Source: an uncultured Oscillospiraceae bacterium (GTDB lineage Bacteria > Bacillota > Clostridia > Oscillospirales > Acutalibacteraceae). From it: a stretch of DNA of 64,000 nt. The notes below the pieces were generated by a model. The model searched no databases. It was not told the DNA's origin and saw only the letters and a program-made list of their open reading frames with translations. Below, piece by piece: positions 57,947-64,000 of the stretch. Position 1 is the first letter of the stretch, and each line of letters starts with the position of its first letter. The position numbers and the translations under genes were made by a program. The DNA is taken from the NCBI GenBank assembly GCA_900547105.1, contig URFL01000003.1, forward strand, positions 1 through 64,000. The letters are read 5' to 3'.

Positions 57947-60040
57947 ATGAGCATCATCGCCCGCGACAACCGTATTTTTGTGTTGGAAACCGCCCACACC
58001 CATTATGTGGTGGGTATCGACGCCGACGGACGCGACCGACATATCTACTGGGGCGCGCCCTGTGACCCCGCCGACTACGACATTCCGCCGGTGGTGTGCG
58101 AAAACCCCAATCATCCGGCGCTGGACGAAATGCAGCAGGAATGTACCGTGTTCGGCTCCACCATGTACCGCGACAGTGTGCTGAAAGCGACCTTTGCCGA
58201 CGGCTGCCGCGAAATTTTGCCGATCTTTGACAGCGCCGAGGTAGGCGACGACCGGTTGGCGCTGCGGTTTTGCGATGAGCACTATGGCTTGTCGTATACC
58301 CTCCACTACCGGCTGTTTCCGGACAGCGACATCATCGAAAAATATGTGTCGGTGCAAAACACCGGCACCGAACCGCTGGTGTTCGACCGCCTGTTCAGCG
58401 GCGAGCTGACCTTTCCCTCGCCGGAGGTGTATATCATCCAAAACACCAACGGCGGCTGGGGCGGCGAATATCGCCCCACCCAAACGCCGCTGTCCGGCGG
58501 CACGCTGGTGTTTGAAAGCCGCCGGGGCATTTCCGGTCACAACCAGTCGCCCTCGGTCATTGCGCATCACCACGCGACCGAACAGGCGGGCGAGGTCTTT
58601 TTCGCCGTGTTGGCGTACAGCGGCAGCTTCAAGGTGAGTGTCAACCGCGATGTGTACGGCGTGACCCGCGCGGTGCTGGGGATGAACGACCACGATTTTT
58701 CCTTTACGCTGCCCGCTGGGCAACCGTTTGACACCCCTCGCCTGTACGCGGGTCACACCCGCGGGCTGGGCGAAATGTCCCGCCAGCTCAACCGGCTGGC
58801 GCTGACCCATCTGCTGCCTCCGGCGTTTCGGGACAAGCCGCTGCCGGTGCTGTACAATTCGTGGGAAGCCACCGGCTTTGACGTATCCTCGCAGCAGCAG
58901 ATGCAGCTGGCGGACATCGCCGCCGATCTGGGGGTGGAGCTGTTTGTGATGGACGACGGCTGGTTTGGCGCACGCCACAACGACCACGCCGGGCTGGGCG
59001 ATTGGCAGGTCAACCGCAACAAATTCCCCCACGGCTTAAACGAGCTGATCGACCATGTGCATCGGCGCGGCATGGGGTTCGGCCTGTGGATCGAGCCGGA
59101 AATGGTGAACCCGGACAGCGACCTGTACCGCGCCCACCCCGATTGGGCGTATCACTACCCGACCCGACCCGCCAGCGAGCTGCGGAATCAGCTGGTGCTG
59201 AATCTGACCCGCCCCGATGTGCAGCAATATGTGTTTGAGGCGGTGGACGCGCTGTTGAGCGAGCAGGATATTCAGTATATCAAATGGGATATGAACCGCC
59301 CGTTTTCCGAAACCGGAGCGGAAAATCTGGACAACCCGCAAATGTTGTACTATCTGCACACCAAGGCGGTGTACGACATTGTGGACGCACTGAAAGCCAA
59401 GCATCCCGGCGTGATGTTTGAAAGCTGTGCATCCGGAGGCGGGCGCAGCGATTGGGGCGCGCTGTCGCATTTTGACCAGTGCTGGCCCAGCGACAACACC
59501 GATGCCATCGACCGCATGGCGATCCAGCACGATTTTTCGCTGCTGCACCCCACCAAGGTGATGCGCGCGTGGGTCACGGATATTGCGGGCCCCAACAAAC
59601 CGTGCAGTCTGGAATTCCGGTTCCACATCGCGATGCAAGGCGCGTTGGGGTTGGGCGGCAATCTGACCCGCTACACCCCTGCACAGCGGGAGCTTTGCCG
59701 CCAGCGTATCGCGCTGTACAAGCAAATACGCGAGGCGGTGCAGTTTGGCGATCTGTACCGACTGGCGGACGCGGACGAGGGCGAGGTGCTGATCAACGAG
59801 TATGTCAGCCGCGACAAAACGCAAGCGGTCTGCTTCGTGTCCAGTCGGGGAACGCGCTTTTTCAAAAAGCGGATGCCGATCCGGCTGGCGGGGCTGGTGC
59901 CCAACCGCCGCTACCGTCTGGAATTTCAAGGAACCACCTTGAAAAAAAGCGGCGCCTATTGGCAAAATGTCGGACTTTCGGTGTACATCCGCGGCGCAGA
60001 GTATAACGAGATCATCTTCCTCTGCCAAACCGCCCTCTGA
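57947..60040 (+). CDS. alpha-galactosidase, GH36 family
   Basis: …LELFVMDDGWFG… and …KWDMNR… GH36 motifs, length about 700 aa. RBS ggagggg. Confidence 0.9.
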   Translation: MSIIARDNRIFVLETAHTHYVVGIDADGRDRHIYWGAPCDPADYDIPPVVCENPNHPALDEMQQECTVFGSTMYRDSVLKATFADGCREILPIFDSAEVGDDRLALRFCDEHYGLSYTLHYRLFPDSDIIEKYVSVQNTGTEPLVFDRLFSGELTFPSPEVYIIQNTNGGWGGEYRPTQTPLSGGTLVFESRRGISGHNQSPSVIAHHHATEQAGEVFFAVLAYSGSFKVSVNRDVYGVTRAVLGMNDHDFSFTLPAGQPFDTPRLYAGHTRGLGEMSRQLNRLALTHLLPPAFRDKPLPVLYNSWEATGFDVSSQQQMQLADIAADLGVELFVMDDGWFGARHNDHAGLGDWQVNRNKFPHGLNELIDHVHRRGMGFGLWIEPEMVNPDSDLYRAHPDWAYHYPTRPASELRNQLVLNLTRPDVQQYVFEAVDALLSEQDIQYIKWDMNRPFSETGAENLDNPQMLYYLHTKAVYDIVDALKAKHPGVMFESCASGGGRSDWGALSHFDQCWPSDNTDAIDRMAIQHDFSLLHPTKVMRAWVTDIAGPNKPCSLEFRFHIAMQGALGLGGNLTRYTPAQRELCRQRIALYKQIREAVQFGDLYRLADADEGEVLINEYVSRDKTQAVCFVSSRGTRFFKKRMPIRLAGLVPNRRYRLEFQGTTLKKSGAYWQNVGLSVYIRGAEYNEIIFLCQTAL

Positions 60041-60048
60041 TCGACAGG

Positions 60049-60089
60049 AAAACAGCCCGAGTCACCTCGCGAGGTGACTCGGGCTGTTT
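60049..60089. terminator. strong bidirectional hairpin
   Basis: aaacagcccgagtcacctcgcgaggtgactcgggctgttt is an 18-bp stem. Confidence 0.7.
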
Positions 60090-60127
60090 GGCGTATGTGT
60101 TTATTTTACAAATTCAAAATGTCTTTG

Positions 60128-60670
60128 TTATTTCCCGCTATCGGGGGACAGGGAGATGGGGTCTTTGTCGCGGGTCCAATAGTCGTGCCCTTTTTCCTTC
60201 GGCTGCCACAAGGTGGATTTTGTTCCCATCTCAAACGGGAAGATCAACAACAACGGCGTTTTATCTTCCATAGCCCACTGTATTAGTTCCTTAAAAATAG
60301 TAAAATATCCTCTACCACTGCGCGGAGCCACCCATGGTTGTGCCAGATTGTTGTTTTCCTCTCCGGGAATCACTTCCCATGGGATCGGCAAAGACAGGTT
60401 TTGGATATCGTAAACCGCCTCGGACAAGGAATGCTTTTGCAGCTCGAGCGGAATCTGATCCAGCTCCCGCTGAAGCTCTTGCAAATGTTCGTTTTCTACG
60501 ATGCCGTGATCGCACAAATCGCGCAGCAGCCGCGGGAACCGCTCCCCCCAATGCCCTACCCCTTCCAGATGATAGGACACCGTAGAAAAGAAGCAATAAA
60601 CCATATCGCCCCATCCGATCCTGCTAATAAACCCCGCGCGCCCCTTTTTTTGCACCATAAGATACACCAT
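60128..60670 (-). CDS. hypothetical protein, paralog 1 of a 180-aa family (immunity-protein-like)
   Basis: MVYLMVQKKGRAGFISRIGWGDMVYCFFSTVSYHLEGVGHWGERFPRLLRDLCDHGIVENEHLQELQRELDQIP…LLLIFPFEMGTKSTLWQPKEKGHDYWTRDKDPISLSPDSGK. About 75% identical to 61487..62038. The 5' and 3' DNA ends are near-identical between the two. Confidence 0.7.
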   Translation of the reverse strand: MVYLMVQKKGRAGFISRIGWGDMVYCFFSTVSYHLEGVGHWGERFPRLLRDLCDHGIVENEHLQELQRELDQIPLELQKHSLSEAVYDIQNLSLPIPWEVIPGEENNNLAQPWVAPRSGRGYFTIFKELIQWAMEDKTPLLLIFPFEMGTKSTLWQPKEKGHDYWTRDKDPISLSPDSGK

Positions 60671-60689
60671 AATGGTTCCTCCTAATCGA

Positions 60690-61415
60690 TCACATTTCGC
60701 GCGAATAAATATTGACGGTATCGCGATCCAAATCCGGCTTAAAACAGATCAGCAGGTTCACATCCTGTGGCTGAAGCAAATCGAAGTGGTCGTTAGGTTT
60801 CATGATTTCATAGCACTTTTTCGCAATCTCATCGCGGTTATCCAGCAGACGGCGATAGCCTCGCTCGGTATCCGCCACAATAGTGATCGATGGTTCGTAC
60901 CGCACCATAATGCGCCATATGCCGTCCATTCCAAACGATTGTTGAAAATAGGTGCGTATGGCGGGCATGGATATACTATAAAGCCGTGCCATAAAGGAAC
61001 TCACAAAATCATACATATACAAATCAACGGTTTCCAACGCGTCTCGCGAATAGTGAAATGCATCCAAAAACACTTGCGTGACATCCTCGGCAAATGCGTT
61101 CAGCGATTCACTTGCATGCCTGACCAATTTGTTTAACGGCAGATCGCTGCTATTTACAAGGGCGTTTAACTCCTTTGCAACGGCGCAAGTATTCCCTTCA
61201 AAGTCCACATACACCGATATAGCTGCTCGCCGGTTATATATGGAAAGGTCTGTAAAAACTGCATTCAGTCCATATTTCGTGCGTATTTCGGTGACAAAAT
61301 TACGCTCTTGCACCCCATAATACACCACGCCGGAATGAAATATTTCAGCAAACTTACTATATTGAGAATAGCGCCCATTAAACGCATTGGAATATTCTCG
61401 CATAGCCATTGCCAT
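60690..61415 (-). CDS. hypothetical protein (241 aa) between the two paralogs
   Basis: ORF MAMAMREYSNAFNGRYSQYSKFAEIFHSGVVYYGVQ…. No domain recognised. Confidence 0.55.
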   Translation of the reverse strand: MAMAMREYSNAFNGRYSQYSKFAEIFHSGVVYYGVQERNFVTEIRTKYGLNAVFTDLSIYNRRAAISVYVDFEGNTCAVAKELNALVNSSDLPLNKLVRHASESLNAFAEDVTQVFLDAFHYSRDALETVDLYMYDFVSSFMARLYSISMPAIRTYFQQSFGMDGIWRIMVRYEPSITIVADTERGYRRLLDNRDEIAKKCYEIMKPNDHFDLLQPQDVNLLICFKPDLDRDTVNIYSREM

Positions 61416-61486
61416 TCCTCCTGCTTATCCGTCAATGTTTCTTGCGGACGTTGTATGTTTTTTCACAACTCCAAAGCGTATTTTCG

Positions 61487-62038
61487 TTATTTCCCGCTAT
61501 CGGGGGACAGGGAAATGGGGTCTTTGTCGCGGGTCCAATAGTCGTGCCCTTTTTCCTTCGGCTGCCACAAGGTGGATTTTGTCCCCATCTCAAACGGGAA
61601 GATCAGCAGCAACGGAGCCTCCTCATTGATAGCCTGCTGTATTTGTTCCCTAAAGACGGTAAAATACCAACTGTCGCCGCGCGGCGTTACCCACGGCTGC
61701 GCCAGGTTAATGTCTTCCTCCCCAGACTCCTTGGGAATTTCTTCCCACGGGATTGGCAAAGACAGGTTTTGGATATCATAAATCGCCTCGGACACAGGAT
61801 ATTTTTGAAGCTCCCGCGGAATCTGATCCAGTTCCCGCTGGAGCTCTTGCAAATGTTCATTTTCTACGATACCGTGATCGCACAGATCGCGCAGCAGCCG
61901 CGGGAACCGCTCTCCCCAATGTCCTACCCCTTCCAGATGATAGGACACCGTGGAAAAAAAGCAATAAACCATATTGCCCCAGCCCAGTCTAACAATATAC
62001 CCTGCATCTCCCGGCTTTTTCACCATAAGATAAACCAT
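61487..62038 (-). CDS. hypothetical protein, paralog 2 of the 180-aa family
   Basis: MVYLMVKKPGDAGYIVRLGWGNMVYCFFSTVSYHLEGVGHWGERFPRLLRDLCDHGIVENEHLQELQRELDQIP… Same C-terminal 30 aa as paralog 1. Confidence 0.7.
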   Translation of the reverse strand: MVYLMVKKPGDAGYIVRLGWGNMVYCFFSTVSYHLEGVGHWGERFPRLLRDLCDHGIVENEHLQELQRELDQIPRELQKYPVSEAIYDIQNLSLPIPWEEIPKESGEEDINLAQPWVTPRGDSWYFTVFREQIQQAINEEAPLLLIFPFEMGTKSTLWQPKEKGHDYWTRDKDPISLSPDSGK

Positions 62039-62127
62039 AGTTTCTACCCCTATTTATACATAAACTCAACAAGATCTCACTTCTCTATCTCTAGCACAGC
62101 GCTTTTCAACCGCGCCGCCTCTTTTCG

Positions 62128-62721
62128 CTATTTATATGAAACATAGTTGTCCTCTCGAATTTGTTGTTTCACATACGGCTGCAAATCCACGGGCACGGTG
62201 TCCACATAAACCGCATATACGACCGTATCCCCCCACGCATACGCGCCTATCTCCGCGACCGCCTCGTCATGAACAGAGCGGCGATAGCTTCCCACACGAT
62301 TCTCCGTCGTGATGGCGGCATAGTGTGGTCGGTCGCTGAAAAAGCTCCCAACCGACGCCCGACCGGGGTCCTCGGCACGATCAAATTGCGTCAACAGCGC
62401 CGCTTCAAACGCCTCGTGGTCGGTTTTGTCCACCTCGATGATGGCTTGCGTAAACGAATCCCGCCATCCCTGAACGCAATCCACCTCGGTCAATACCGCC
62501 GCTTCCTGCGTCGGTAGATGAATCGACTGCAAAACCAGCTGCCGATCCGCGTCGCTAAACGCGGTCACGACGATCCCAGCCTCAACCTGCTCGGACAGAC
62601 GAACATACCGATATAGATGGACACCCAACACGCCTGTCAACGCCAAAACCGACACCGCCACTACCGCGCCGATGATGATTCCCGCTTTCTTTCGCCTCGA
62701 TAGATTTTTCCACATACGCAT
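62128..62721 (-). CDS. signal-anchored hypothetical protein, paralog a (197 aa)
   Basis: MRMWKNLSRRKKAGIIIGAVVAVSVLALTG… N-terminal TM anchor plus an extracytoplasmic domain. Confidence 0.65.
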   Translation of the reverse strand: MRMWKNLSRRKKAGIIIGAVVAVSVLALTGVLGVHLYRYVRLSEQVEAGIVVTAFSDADRQLVLQSIHLPTQEAAVLTEVDCVQGWRDSFTQAIIEVDKTDHEAFEAALLTQFDRAEDPGRASVGSFFSDRPHYAAITTENRVGSYRRSVHDEAVAEIGAYAWGDTVVYAVYVDTVPVDLQPYVKQQIREDNYVSYK

Positions 62722-62742
62722 AGGTGCTTTCCTCTTTTCACA

Positions 62743-63312
62743 TCATCCGTCGCGTTTGAGATAGTTTCCTTTCCAAACCCGCCACCACACAAAATGCTTC
62801 AAATCCGACGGAACATCCTCCGTGCGAACCACATACAGCATCGTATCTTCCAAGCGGAACGACTCAATCGTGAGCTGTTTCTGCTGCGAGTGGACATATC
62901 TCCCCACACAATCGCTTGCTGTAAGAGAGGCATATTCCGTGTGGTCGAAAAACCCGCTTTGCGAGGCATACCCCGGCTCGTCCGTCCGCTCATAATGTTC
63001 CAGCAGGGCAGTTTCAAAGGCTTCGTTTTTGTCCTTGTCCACCTCCACATATAGATAGGCATACGGTTCCCGAAAACTCTCCACATCCACTATTTCGGTC
63101 AATGTGGCGGGCTCTTGCAGCGGAATATCAAACGCCCGAAACGCCGTTTCCCGCTCGTCATTGCCAATGGTTTGAATCCGAACGCCGCTGTCCAATGTCA
63201 CCGGAAGCTGCACCAGCAGCCGGTACAAAAACGCCCCGGCAACCACCACCGCTACCGCACCGATGATGATTCCTGCCTTTTTGGGCTTTGATAGATTTTT
63301 CCACACGCGCAT
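62743..63312 (-). CDS. signal-anchored hypothetical protein, paralog b (189 aa)
   Basis: MRVWKNLSKPKKAGIIIGAVAVVVAGAFLY… Same architecture and a similar N-terminus to 62128..62721. Confidence 0.65.
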   Translation of the reverse strand: MRVWKNLSKPKKAGIIIGAVAVVVAGAFLYRLLVQLPVTLDSGVRIQTIGNDERETAFRAFDIPLQEPATLTEIVDVESFREPYAYLYVEVDKDKNEAFETALLEHYERTDEPGYASQSGFFDHTEYASLTASDCVGRYVHSQQKQLTIESFRLEDTMLYVVRTEDVPSDLKHFVWWRVWKGNYLKRDG

Positions 63313-63333
63313 AGGCGTTGATGTCCTTTCTAT

Positions 63334-63666
63334 TCACAAGTGCGATTCGTTACGCACTGCGTAGGCACCGTCCAACTCCCGCACCAGACGGTCATAAGCC
63401 GCTCCTGCCCGCACCGCAAAGTCAGTCTGGTGTTCCTTTGTCCATGGTGAGGGTGCCGCCGGATCGCTCCAATCCAGCGAGGTTTGAAACTCGGTTTCCA
63501 GCGCATTCAACTCATCCGCCAACGCGCGGGAGATAGGGAGCGCGGTTTTGTCCACCGCATAGCCCAGTGCAGCTTCCGTGGCTGCATCACCCGCCCACAA
63601 GCAGGGGCCCCCATATTCAAAAAAGAAACGCAACACACGCATGGGCGTTTGCCCCCCTGTTTGCAC
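63334..63666 (-). CDS. hypothetical protein (110 aa)
   Basis: ORF MQTGGQTPMRVLRFFFEYGGPCLWAGDAATEAALGYAVDKTALPIS… tightly spaced with the preceding paralogs. Confidence 0.5.
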   Translation of the reverse strand: MQTGGQTPMRVLRFFFEYGGPCLWAGDAATEAALGYAVDKTALPISRALADELNALETEFQTSLDWSDPAAPSPWTKEHQTDFAVRAGAAYDRLVRELDGAYAVRNESHL

Positions 63667-64000
63667 TCTAATGGATTCCGCGGCTGTTCTCTTGCTATTT
63701 TAACACAAATTTGCCGGAGCGTCTATCGGCTATATCCGCAAATTTGGCACACATATTTTGTCGTTATTTGCAAAAAAGTGCCGACCCACTTTTCGCCGCA
63801 AACACACCCCGTCCCCCTGTCACGCAACGAAGAATCTGTTCCGGTGGGTCAGATGAAAAGAGGAACAACGCGAACCACTTTGTAAGGTGGCTCGCGCTGT
63901 TTTTGTGTGTATTTATTCTTTTATGGCCGCCACCGTCCAATAGTAGTCAGTAGCTTCACCACTTTTATCAAATATTTTTCCCGAAAACTGATACACCGGT

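Noticed and set aside
63700-64000. Possible gene start at the window edge
   Set aside because: Only short ORFs (80 aa or fewer) without RBS support. There is too little sequence to call.

Overview
High-GC (about 60%) chromosomal segment from a Firmicutes/Clostridia-type genome, with two CIRCE/HrcA-regulated heat-shock loci. The coding regions read confidently as housekeeping genes: hrcA-grpE-dnaK-dnaJ; tRNA-Thr(CGU); an OmpR-type two-component system; an HtrA-like protease; gatCAB-aspS; NADP-isocitrate dehydrogenase; an M16 peptidase; an ABC exporter pair; a small ferredoxin-thioredoxin-reductase-like protein with thioredoxin; a flotillin/NfeD operon; GTP-PEPCK; tsaD; an LMW-PTP/RimI fusion; a GH13 amylase; mnmE; a large hybrid histidine kinase; ilvBNC; htpG; and a GH36 alpha-galactosidase. 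The most unusual part is a roughly 5 kb low-GC island (about 34.2-39.4 kb) inserted between pckG and tsaD. It carries four minus-strand genes: an SPFH (band-7) protein with a C-terminal zinc ribbon (COG4260/YdjI-like), a 4-TM coiled-coil membrane protein, a 799-aa multidomain protein, and a 150-aa unknown protein. The 799-aa protein has an N-terminal zinc ribbon, a TIR domain, TPR-like repeats, one transmembrane helix and about 7.5 C-terminal YD-like 25-aa repeats. I read this as a candidate membrane-embedded TIR signalling or defence module. Also notable are a family of structured, palindrome-rich intergenic repeats (three copies), a 3.5 kb array of paralogous small genes at the 3' end that resembles an immunity-protein cluster, and CIRCE operators in front of both hrcA and htpG. 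No transposase, integrase, CRISPR array or rRNA was seen.
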